Part shown: positions 16,325 through 24,416 of the stretch, piece by piece
How the letters are laid out: every line of letters begins with the position of its first letter
How positions within the stretch are numbered: position 1 is the stretch's first letter
Assembly: GCA_005877615.1 (NCBI GenBank)
Contig: VBOD01000106.1
Location: forward strand, 2,398-66,397
DNA from: Nitrospirota bacterium
GTDB taxonomy: Bacteria; Nitrospirota; Nitrospiria; Nitrospirales; NS-4
Direction: 5' to 3'
DNA: 64,000 nucleotides
Translations under genes and position numbers: made by a program
Notes under the pieces: generated by a model
What the model saw: only the letters and a program-made list of their open reading frames with translations
Told to the model about the DNA's origin: nothing
The model's database searches: none

Positions 16325-16879
16325 ATGAGCCTGCATGGCCAGAGCAAAGCCGCCGCAGCCGGTGGGGCGTTTGAACGTCTGCTGGTTGTCGCCAGCGGTC
16401 CGGTGAAGCTAGCGCTGCCAGCGCCGATCGTCCAAGGGATGCTGCCGCTGGGGGAGGCCGGAATCAAAGACGTCGCGACGGTCCGGGGAATCACATACCG
16501 CGTGACGTCTCTAGCCGGCCGGTGGGATGGGATGCCTTCCCCCGCGACGCCCAAGACGCTGTTACTCCTGTGCGAATACCGCGGGCAGCACCGCGGGTTC
16601 ACAGTAGACAAGGTGCTGGGTCTCATCGAAGTGGCCCCACGGCAGATCCGACTCTTGCCATCGCACTTTGCCTGCGAGGAACGGACGTGGTTCAACGGGT
16701 TCTTCCTGTTCCGGGGTACAATCGCCTTGTGGGTCAATCCTGACTGGCTGCTCGCGCCCAGCAAAGGCGCCGACGCGGCCGAGAACCTCGAGGACACCGC
16801 GCCGTGCATCACCGACGGCCCGTGTCTGACGGGAGACATCATAGAACTGGAAGTCATCGATGCTGAGAGGGCAGAGTAA
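16325..16879 (+). CDS. Divergent CheW-like domain protein
   Basis: 184 aa. The pattern RLLVVASGPVKLALPAPIVQGML...VDKVLGLIEVAPRQIRLLP...FNGFFLF follows the CheW-domain layout but is divergent. Confidence 0.6.
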   Translation: MSLHGQSKAAAAGGAFERLLVVASGPVKLALPAPIVQGMLPLGEAGIKDVATVRGITYRVTSLAGRWDGMPSPATPKTLLLLCEYRGQHRGFTVDKVLGLIEVAPRQIRLLPSHFACEERTWFNGFFLFRGTIALWVNPDWLLAPSKGADAAENLEDTAPCITDGPCLTGDIIELEVIDAERAE

Positions 16880-17318
16880 GGAAGCCCCAAAGCGTGTCAC
16901 GAACTGGTCACTGATTGTGCTTTCCATCGGCGGTCAGCGCCTCGCGGTTCGGACCGAAGAAGCCGGAGGCGTCCGGCCGTGGACCGACCCCATGCCGGTC
17001 CCGAGCCATACCCCGTTCGTGAACGCCCTCTTGCGGCATGATGAGGAAGTGCTTCCAGTCTACGATCTGGCCGCGCGGTTGAAGCAGCAGGCCCGTGGGA
17101 CGCCGCCGCTATGCCTGATTGCCAAACGGGAAGACGGGATGATGGCGGTGTGTATCGATGGCACCATCCCAACGCTCACGACGATTGATCCCCAGACGCT
17201 CCAGCCGTCCGCCGAACCCGCCCCCGATATCCTGGGATACTGCGTGATCGACGGGGAACACGTCCCGCTCTACTCGCTAGCCAAGCTGGGGCTGCCAACA
17301 ACGATTCATGCTGTATGA
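16860..17318 (+). CDS. Second divergent CheW-like domain protein
   Basis: 152 aa. SLIVLSIGGQRLAVRTEEAGGV...FVNALLRHDEEVLPVYDLAARL...ILGYCVIDGEHVPLYSL follows the CheW-domain layout. It overlaps the previous gene by 20 nt if ATG 16860 is used. Confidence 0.55.
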   Translation: MLRGQSKEAPKRVTNWSLIVLSIGGQRLAVRTEEAGGVRPWTDPMPVPSHTPFVNALLRHDEEVLPVYDLAARLKQQARGTPPLCLIAKREDGMMAVCIDGTIPTLTTIDPQTLQPSAEPAPDILGYCVIDGEHVPLYSLAKLGLPTTIHAV

Positions 17319-17330
17319 CGATGGAGGACC

Positions 17331-18011
17331 ATGCCGACAATCTTAGTTGCCGACGATAGTCTCAGCGTTCGAAAGGTCGCCGAACGGCAGTTGACCGAGG
17401 CCGGACTCGAAGTGGCCCTGGTGTCCAACGGCGAGGAAGCCTTGAAGTGGTTGAACAACAGGCGACCGGACCTGGTTATCGCGGACGTCATCATGCCGGA
17501 CAAGAGCGGGTTCGAGGTCTGCGCGTTCGTCAAGTCGAACGCCGCGCTGGCGGACACGCCGGTGATCCTGGTGTCCGGGTTCGTGGATGAGGAGGTCACG
17601 CGGCAGGCCGAGGCCTGCCACGCCGACCGGATTCTCAAGAAACCCTTCCAGGGGGCCGTTCTGCGCGAGCGAGTCCTCGAATTGCTGTCCGCTCGAAAAG
17701 CTCACACACCGCCGGCGTACGCCCCGGCGACGCCGGGTGAGGGCCTCGGCCGGGGGTTGCGTGACAGCACCACGCCAGCTATGCAGGCTTTGGAAAAGCG
17801 CCTGGCGGAACAGGAAAAGGCGCTGGGGCAGGCATCCATACTCATCAAGGACCTCGGGGGCCGGCTTGGAGAAGCCGCAACGCACACGGCCGAGCTGCAG
17901 AAACGGCTGGAGGCGCTGGAGCTGGCCGTCGCTTCGGCGGAAAAACTCCTGCAGATGCTGAGAGAATCCGTCCGCCAAGCCACGCAAACCTTGGGCCGAC
18001 GCGGACCATGA
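17331..18011 (+). CDS. Response regulator receiver domain with a C-terminal coiled-coil tail
   Basis: 226 aa. Complete REC (ILVADDS...LVIADVIMPDKSG...ILKKPF) followed by about 90 aa of heptad-like helical sequence (LEKRLAEQEKALGQ...LQKRLEALELAV). Confidence 0.85.
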   Translation: MPTILVADDSLSVRKVAERQLTEAGLEVALVSNGEEALKWLNNRRPDLVIADVIMPDKSGFEVCAFVKSNAALADTPVILVSGFVDEEVTRQAEACHADRILKKPFQGAVLRERVLELLSARKAHTPPAYAPATPGEGLGRGLRDSTTPAMQALEKRLAEQEKALGQASILIKDLGGRLGEAATHTAELQKRLEALELAVASAEKLLQMLRESVRQATQTLGRRGP

Positions 18012-18069
18012 CCGCCTTGCTCGCTCCGCCCGTTCGGCCGTCGGAAAACGAGGGGGACAAGCGATAGAA

Positions 18070-19134
18070 TTGGCTACGCCTATGGACACAAGCGAAGACC
18101 AGTTTCAAGAAGAAGTCCTCCAACTGTTTGCCGAGGAAGGGTTGGAGTGGATCAAGCAGATCAAGGTCGCCCTCCAAGAGCTGGAGAGCGGGGTGACGCT
18201 GGATAAGGAAAAGAAGCATTACGACATCATCCTCCGCAGCCTGACCAACCTCATGGGCTCGGCCGCCACCGTCGAGCTGGCCGCGCTCCAGAAACTCACT
18301 CTCGCATTGGTCCCGCTCCTGCAGGCCATGCAGACCAAGAAAGTCCCCGCCAAACCGGAGCACTTCGCCACGATCCGGCAGGGGATCGCGCTCATGTACG
18401 CCTCCGTGCAAGTCCTGCATATGGCGTCACAGCGAACGATCGTCAAGGCCAATCTCGAAAGCATCATGCAGCTCCAGGCGGACGGTCTACAGCGTGCGGT
18501 CGCTAAGGTCCAAGGGATCCCGAAGGCGGCTGGGGCCGCCCCGAAGCGGCCCGTCAGTCCCGAAGCCACCTACCTGGGGAAAATCGTGCAGGCGTTGCTG
18601 GACCTCAAGCACGCGCGGCCCTCCTCATTAGAGCCCAGCAGGAACCTGATCGAGCTCGTGCTCCGCAGATTGCACCGGCTGTCTGACCAGGAATCGGCGG
18701 AGGTCACGGCCGCCTCGGTCGCCAGCATCCTGCACCAAATGGAAGGGCTCGACGAGCGGTTCCTGGAGGAAACCCGGCGCCGGGTGGAGACGTTGAAGCA
18801 GGCCATCGCCGGGCTCAGGGCCGGCACTCGCGATCCCCACGCACAGAAAGCCAACCTTCAGGGCGGTCTGCGGGAGATCTCGTTGTTGTACGAGATGGCC
18901 CGCGAGGTCGGGGCGATCCCGATCGTCCAGTTCTTACATGGCCTGGAAACGCTGCTCCTGGAAGTCGTCTACAAAAGCATGACGCTGGTCCCCCAGCGAG
19001 TTGAAGGTGTGGCCGCCCGCGTGGACTCCCTGGTGGCGATGGCCCAACAATGGGTCGAGATGGGCCGAACCGAACAGGCGGCCATCGAGAAGGCCCTGGC
19101 GCCGCTCATCGACAAGGATCTCGCCCGCACCTAA
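18070..19134 (+). CDS. Helical protein with Hpt-like segments that apparently lack the phospho-accepting His
   Basis: 354-aa ORF (TTG 18070, alternative ATG 18082) and the last gene of the cluster. ILRSLTNLMGSAATVELAAL aligns by eye with the Hpt HxLKGSA motif, with Thr in the His position. This call is tentative. Confidence 0.45.
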   Translation: MATPMDTSEDQFQEEVLQLFAEEGLEWIKQIKVALQELESGVTLDKEKKHYDIILRSLTNLMGSAATVELAALQKLTLALVPLLQAMQTKKVPAKPEHFATIRQGIALMYASVQVLHMASQRTIVKANLESIMQLQADGLQRAVAKVQGIPKAAGAAPKRPVSPEATYLGKIVQALLDLKHARPSSLEPSRNLIELVLRRLHRLSDQESAEVTAASVASILHQMEGLDERFLEETRRRVETLKQAIAGLRAGTRDPHAQKANLQGGLREISLLYEMAREVGAIPIVQFLHGLETLLLEVVYKSMTLVPQRVEGVAARVDSLVAMAQQWVEMGRTEQAAIEKALAPLIDKDLART

Positions 19135-19263
19135 CCCGCCTTTCTAAATTGAGCAATACACTCTGCGGCGTCAGGTTACGGGGGAAACGTATCCGTAATA
19201 ATTCTTGGGCGGGGAAAATTTAGGCGGGTAGTGATCTGTCGGCGAGGCCTTTTCTACTTACAC

Positions 19264-19581
19264 TTAAGTGAAAAATGCGAACCCTGCCAAAATAAGAATG
19301 CCAAACGCGAAACATCCTGCACAGAGCCAAAGACTGATCTGATCCCACATCGGTTCGTACTTGCCTGCGTGATCGAAATGTTTAATATACCGGCCATGAG
19401 CAATTACGCCGAGCAGCACTGATGCAAGTAAAAGACCTGCGGCTGTCTTTATAGCCTTATGTTTTATCCACTCCTCATCACCAAGGAAAATTCCCAAGCC
19501 CAGTAAAGCGATTGATATCGTATTTAGATTAATGAGCCAGGCGAAAATTGCCTTATGCTTTTCGACATCGTCAGGCGTCAT
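19264..19581 (-). CDS. Small integral membrane protein (3-4 TM helices), unknown function
   Basis: 105 aa with a strong AAGGAGGAG SD upstream of ATG 19581. Lies in the AT-richer islet. Hydrophobic segments ISIALLGLGIF, LLLASVLLGVIA and WLCAGCFAFGILILAGFAFF. Confidence 0.5.
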   Translation of the reverse strand: MTPDDVEKHKAIFAWLINLNTISIALLGLGIFLGDEEWIKHKAIKTAAGLLLASVLLGVIAHGRYIKHFDHAGKYEPMWDQISLWLCAGCFAFGILILAGFAFFT

Positions 19582-19609
19582 CTTCTCCTCCTTTAGAAGG
19601 GAGGCAAGC

Positions 19610-20228
19610 CTATTTCACAACTCTCAGCTTCTCTATTGCAGCGTCATCCTCGGTGAACATAATTTGATCGGTTGAATTTTGACCAAAGCTTCTAAAGGTC
19701 GCTTCAATTAACGCCGGCATAACTTGCCGAAGGTTGTTGGAACTGCCCGTGCTGTCTGTCTCCCCCTTCCAAAACGACACTGTCTTTCGTTCCTTCCGCA
19801 GCGTTTGATAATCCACTACGTCTACAAGTAGTTTTCGTTTATATGCTGTGTGACGGCTTGTTGATGTTTGTGAACCAACGACCCCATATTGGGACGGAGT
19901 CATAATAGTTCCACTAGACAGGGCTAGTTGAGGAGGACACTGTCGTAGTACCAGAATCAATTCCATAAGCAATGAAAACAGCCAACTCGGCTGATTCGTC
20001 GTTGACGTACCGGTACCCTCGCTCTTCCATCTTCTTGCGAACCATCGAAGCGTATTCTTGGAAGGCAAGGTCGCTCGTGTTGCCGTCTATGGGCATTACG
20101 GTATATGTGCCTTGGGCGGGAACTGGAAGCTGGGTGTTTTGAAAGCCGTTTACTTGCACATGGTAAAAGCTCCCGCACCCTGGTAGAAATGAGCTGAGCA
20201 ACAAGTAAATTAGAATTGACCTTTTCAT
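19610..20228 (-). pseudogene. DUF4136-like lipoprotein split by a frameshift near 19914-19960
   Basis: The N-terminal part (ATG 20228, AGGAGA SD, MKRSILIYLLLSSFLPGC lipobox) stops at 19914. The typical C-terminal part (YKRKLLVDVVDYQT...VSFWKGET...) continues in another frame down to 19610. Joined, the length would be about 205 aa. A sequencing error cannot be excluded. Confidence 0.45.
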
Positions 20229-20470
20229 CGCTGAGGTCTCCTGTATGGTACAAGTGGTCCTCGTAGATAATTTTCCATTGTCTGTTACTCTAATTTTAAT
20301 ATCAAGAGCGGGCTTACTCCTCGGCAATCTACCTTGCCTTGCAACCTGGTTTTAGTTCTAGCCGCCACTACAATAGTGAGTAGATGCCGTAACACGGCTC
20401 GAAATGCCACTGCGGGTGCCACTGGTTCTCGAAACGTAAAAAAGGGGAGGGCATAACGTGCGGAAAGATG

Positions 20471-20546
20471 TGGTGCCGAGGGACAGAATTGAACTGTCGA
20501 CACCAGCCTTTTCAGGGCTGTGCTCTGCCAACTGAGCTACCTCGGC
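20471..20546 (-). tRNA. tRNA-Phe (anticodon GAA), CCA encoded
   Basis: Folded by hand: acceptor GCCGAGG/CCTCGGC, D arm GCTC-AGTTGGCA-GAGC, anticodon arm CAGCC-CTGAAAA-GGCTG, variable GTGTC, T arm GACAG-TTCAATT-CTGTC, then discriminator A and CCA. Total 76 nt. Confidence 0.95.
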
Positions 20547-20663
20547 ACCGCGCGAGGCTCACTCTTGTACCAAGTTCATCTCCCGAAATCAAGGCGATCG
20601 CTCGTTTAAGCAAGTTCAGGATGGAAAACCTGGGCGGCCGCGGCGGTGTGTCCTAAAAACTAT

Positions 20664-20692
20664 TTGCAAGAGTCATCTGAGAATGTTACATA
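20664..20692 (+). promoter_or_regulatory. Candidate promoter of the Hyf-like operon (TTGCAA-17-TACATA)
   Basis: TTGCAA at 20664-20669, a 17-nt spacer, and TACATA at 20687-20692, about 50 nt upstream of GTG 20743. Confidence 0.35.
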
Positions 20693-20742
20693 ACTGTCGG
20701 GCGCGGATGATTCAACACTAACCGGAGTAATACGTTAGGTTC

Positions 20743-22776
20743 GTGATTCCGCTTTCGCTGTTGGTCGGCCTCATAGGGTACAGCCTCGGCATCCTCCTCC
20801 CGCTGCTGGCCCGCCGCCGTCCAACCATACAGAACATGACGGCTCACGGTGCGGCCTTGCTGGGAGCCGTGGGCGGAATCGGAGTGGGCGCGGCGGGGTT
20901 AACCGCCGAGGTTCCCTACCACGTCAGCCTTCCGTCCTCGCTTCCGCTGCTGAATTACTCGATCCGTATCGATCCTCTCGCCGCATTCTTCGTCCTGCTC
21001 ATATCGCTCTGCGGTGCGGCGGTCGCCGTCTACGCCCTCGGGTATGTCCGCGAATTCTACGGGCACTACTCAATCGGGGCCTTAGGCTCGCTCTTCAACG
21101 CATTCCTGCTCTCGATGACGCTGGTCGTCCTGGCCGACGACGGATTCTTTTTCCTGCTGGTCTGGGAGCTCATGTCCCTGGCGTCCTATTTCCTGGTCGT
21201 GACCGAACACGACAAGGCCGACGTGCGCCACGCAGGCTTCTTTTACTTGATCATGACGCACGTGGGGACGGCCTTCATCCTTGTGACGTTTCTGGTGTTC
21301 TTCAATGAATCCGGCTCATTTTCCTTCGAGGTTTTCCGGCATCCGACACGCCCGTTGCCCGAAGGCATGCGCACGCTGGCCTTTCTCACGGCCCTGATCG
21401 GGTTCGGTGCCAAGGCCGGCATCGTTCCCTTGCACGTCTGGCTTCCGTACGCGCACCCGGCCGCGCCCTCGCACGTATCGTCCTTGTTGTCAGGAGTCAT
21501 GATCAAGACCGCTATCTATGGCCTAGTGCGGGTATATTTCGATTTCTTCGGCGGGGCTTTTCCATGGTGGTGGGGATTCATCGTGCTGACGGTAGGGGCA
21601 CTCTCGGCTCTGCTAGGAGTCATGTATGCGTTGATGGAACACGACCTCAAGAGCCTCCTCGCTTACCACAGCGTCGAGAACATTGGCATCATTCTGTTGG
21701 GGATTGGCGCCGGGATGATTTTTCAGTCCTACGGGCTGGCGTCGCTCGCCGCGCTGGGGCTTCTGGCCGGCCTCTATCATACGATCAACCATGCCGTCTT
21801 CAAGGGACTCCTGTTCATGGGCGCCGGCGCGCTGCTGTCGGCGACGCACACGCGCAACATGGAGGAGTACGGCGGACTGATCCGGAAGATGCCGTGGACG
21901 GCATTCTTCTTTCTGATCGGGGCTGTCTCGATTTCGGCGCTTCCTCCGAGCAACGGCTTCGTCAGCGAGTGGCTGATCTTCCAGAGCCTCTTCCTGAGCT
22001 TCCAGATCCCGGATCTCCTGATGAAGATCATGCTGCCGATCGGTGCGTCCATGCTGGCGCTGACCGGCGTCCTGGCGTTGGCATGCTTCGCCAAGGCATT
22101 CGGCATCAGCTTCCTTGCCATGCCGCGGAGCCGCCACGCCAAACAAGCAAGGGAGGTCTCGCCAGCGATGCGGGTGGGAATGGGCGGCATGGCGCTCCTG
22201 TGCGTGGCGCTGGGGCTCGCTCCGATGCTGGTCGTCCCCGCGCTCGACCGAATCACCGCCCCACTGACGGGAACCTCCATTGCCAACGACCTTCTCTCGA
22301 AAGGGGGATTGGCGCTGACGCCGGTGATGGGGGAGGAGTTCGCAAGCGTCTCCACGCCAGCCCTGGGAGTGCTGCTGGCCGTGATCACCCCCGTCGCCTT
22401 GCTGGGAGCGGTTATTCTCGGGGGAACGCTGCGCAAACGGATCTACAAGACCTGGGGCTGCGGGCTCAACCTGACGTCGCGGATGGAATATACAGCCATC
22501 GCCTTCGTGCAACCGATCAAGCGCGTGTTCAGCACCATCTACCAGCCGACAATCAAGCTGGAAACGGAGTTCCTGCAGGAATCCCGTTACTTCACCAAAC
22601 ACCGAAGCTTCGAAGTCCATATCGAGCCTATGTTTCAGAAGTATCTCTATGATCCGGTCGTCACGTTTACCTTCGCCATAGCCGATCGGCTGCGGGTCAT
22701 CCAGGCAGGAAGCTTGCATCTTTACCTGACTTACATCTTTATCACGCTGGTTCTCCTGTTACTCATTACAGGGTAG
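20743..22776 (+). CDS. HyfB/NuoL-like antiporter-type membrane subunit
   Basis: 677 aa (GTG start) and polytopic. Conserved NuoL/HyfB stretches include WELMSLASYFLV, GFGAKAGIVPLHVWLPYAHPAAPS and HAVFKGLLFMGAG. Has a HyfB-type C-terminal extension. Confidence 0.85.
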   Translation: MIPLSLLVGLIGYSLGILLPLLARRRPTIQNMTAHGAALLGAVGGIGVGAAGLTAEVPYHVSLPSSLPLLNYSIRIDPLAAFFVLLISLCGAAVAVYALGYVREFYGHYSIGALGSLFNAFLLSMTLVVLADDGFFFLLVWELMSLASYFLVVTEHDKADVRHAGFFYLIMTHVGTAFILVTFLVFFNESGSFSFEVFRHPTRPLPEGMRTLAFLTALIGFGAKAGIVPLHVWLPYAHPAAPSHVSSLLSGVMIKTAIYGLVRVYFDFFGGAFPWWWGFIVLTVGALSALLGVMYALMEHDLKSLLAYHSVENIGIILLGIGAGMIFQSYGLASLAALGLLAGLYHTINHAVFKGLLFMGAGALLSATHTRNMEEYGGLIRKMPWTAFFFLIGAVSISALPPSNGFVSEWLIFQSLFLSFQIPDLLMKIMLPIGASMLALTGVLALACFAKAFGISFLAMPRSRHAKQAREVSPAMRVGMGGMALLCVALGLAPMLVVPALDRITAPLTGTSIANDLLSKGGLALTPVMGEEFASVSTPALGVLLAVITPVALLGAVILGGTLRKRIYKTWGCGLNLTSRMEYTAIAFVQPIKRVFSTIYQPTIKLETEFLQESRYFTKHRSFEVHIEPMFQKYLYDPVVTFTFAIADRLRVIQAGSLHLYLTYIFITLVLLLLITG

Positions 22777-23738
22777 TGGAACGCACAATGGCGCAGTCTA
22801 TGACGCTCATTATTCTCCAGACCGTCGTCCTGCTGGCCGTCTCTCCCTTCATCGTAGGACTGATCCGCAAGGTGAAGGCGACGCTGCAGTGCCGGCGCGG
22901 CGCCAGCACGGCTCAACCTTACTACGACCTGCTCAAGTTGTTTCAAAAGGACGTGGTGGTTTCCTCGAACGCCTCCTGGATCTTCACGGCGACACCCTAC
23001 ATCCTATTCGCCTCGACACTGGCAGCCAGCCTGCTCGTGCCCCTTTTCGTGTCGAAGGTCCCGCTCAGTTTCGCGGGAGATATCATCACGGTGGTCTACT
23101 TGCTGGCCCTCGGAACATTCTTCCTGATTCTCGCCGGCCTGGACACTGGGTCCGCGTTCGGCGGCATGGGGAGCAGCCGCGAAGCGATCGTGGCGTCCCT
23201 CACGGAACCGGCCATGATTCTGTCCATCTTTGCGGTCGGCCTGACCGCCGGCTCCACCAATCTGAGCACAATCGTCCACAAGACGGCCTTGCTGGAAGGC
23301 ATCGTAACCGATCCGCCTCCACACCTTATGGCACTTGCCGCGCTGTTCATCGTCACCCTGGCCGAGACTGGGCGCGTTCCCGTGGATAATCCCGCAACGC
23401 ACTTGGAACTGACGATGATCCATGAAGCGATGGTGCTCGAGTATTCGGGCCGGTACCTGGCTCTGATCGAATGGGCGTCCGCGTTGAAGCTGCTCCTCTT
23501 CCTGACGCTGCTCAGCAATGTCTTCGCCCCCTGGGGAATCGCTACAGCGCCGGATCCGATCTGGATGACCCTCGGACTCGCAGTCTGGCTCGTCAAGGTG
23601 TCCGGGCTGGCGGTGCTCGTGGGTGTGATCGAGTCCATGTTTGCCAAGTTGCGGCTATTCCGCGTGACGGATCTGCTGGGCGTCGCCTTCATTCTGTCCC
23701 TCCTGGCACTGATCTTCTTCTATACCTTGAGGGGATGA
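22776..23738 (+). CDS. HyfC/HycD/NuoH-like membrane subunit
   Basis: 320 aa (GTG 22776 or ATG 22788). NuoH-family features: RKVKATLQCRRG, GGMGSSREA, PVDNPATHLELTMIHEAMVLEYSG. Confidence 0.85.
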   Translation: MERTMAQSMTLIILQTVVLLAVSPFIVGLIRKVKATLQCRRGASTAQPYYDLLKLFQKDVVVSSNASWIFTATPYILFASTLAASLLVPLFVSKVPLSFAGDIITVVYLLALGTFFLILAGLDTGSAFGGMGSSREAIVASLTEPAMILSIFAVGLTAGSTNLSTIVHKTALLEGIVTDPPPHLMALAALFIVTLAETGRVPVDNPATHLELTMIHEAMVLEYSGRYLALIEWASALKLLLFLTLLSNVFAPWGIATAPDPIWMTLGLAVWLVKVSGLAVLVGVIESMFAKLRLFRVTDLLGVAFILSLLALIFFYTLRG

Positions 23739-24409
23739 GGATGGGAATGGTCCGGCCAGATATCGGCTCCCAGATGGTGGACCTGTGCGCCGCCCTCCTT
23801 CTCGTGACCTGCTTTGCCATCGTAGCCCAGCGGCGGCTCTCGGCCTGTGTGGATGTGTTCGCGCTGCAGTCCGTCTTCCTGGCCGCCACGGCAGCCTTGG
23901 TTGCCTTCCTGACGGGCATTCACCATATCTACATCGCGGCAGCACTCACCGTGGCGATCAAGGTCATCGTGATTCCACGGATTCTCAAGAAAGTGATCGA
24001 GCGGCTGAATGTCACACGTGAACTGGTAATGAACGTCAATATCCCTGCCGGGCTGCTGATCTGCGGCGCCCTCGTCATCCTGGCGTTCTTCATTACACAG
24101 CGCATCATTCCATTGGGATTTTTATTGACGCGAGATTCCCTGTCGATTGCACTGGCGATCTTAATGATAGGCTTTTTCACCATGATCGCCCGCAAGAAGG
24201 CGGTCACCCAAGTGATCGGCTTCCTTGTAATGGAGAACGGGCTGTTTCTGGGCGCCACGGTGGCCGCGCATGGCATGCCGCTGATCGTGGAGTTGGGAGT
24301 CTTCTTCGATGTGCTCGTCGCGACCCTCATTATCGGGATCTACACCCACCGGCTCCAGGATGCGTTCGACAGCGTGGACACGAGCAAGCTGACGGTGCTG
24401 AAGGAGTAG
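23735..24409 (+). CDS. HyfE-like (NuoK-related) membrane subunit
   Basis: ATG 23735 overlaps the upstream TGA (ATGA). About 224 aa with several TM helices and the FLVMENGLFLGA motif typical of HyfE/MbhE-type subunits. The ORF-track start at 23471 lies inside the previous gene. Confidence 0.8.
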   Translation: MRMGMVRPDIGSQMVDLCAALLLVTCFAIVAQRRLSACVDVFALQSVFLAATAALVAFLTGIHHIYIAAALTVAIKVIVIPRILKKVIERLNVTRELVMNVNIPAGLLICGALVILAFFITQRIIPLGFLLTRDSLSIALAILMIGFFTMIARKKAVTQVIGFLVMENGLFLGATVAAHGMPLIVELGVFFDVLVATLIIGIYTHRLQDAFDSVDTSKLTVLKE

Positions 24410-24416
24410 GCCTGCC

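Noticed and set aside
19135-19265. Possible att-type direct repeat of the tRNA-Phe 3' end at the far border of the AT-rich islet (TGTCGGCGAGG vs TGGTGCCGAGG)
   Set aside because: Only about 8 scattered matching bases with an indel. This is too weak to call an attachment site, and no integrase is present.
21564-22719. 362-aa (+) and 368-aa (-) ORFs inside the HyfB-like gene
   Set aside because: These are shadow frames of a well-supported polytopic membrane protein gene. They have low-complexity R/G/P/D-rich translations and no SD.
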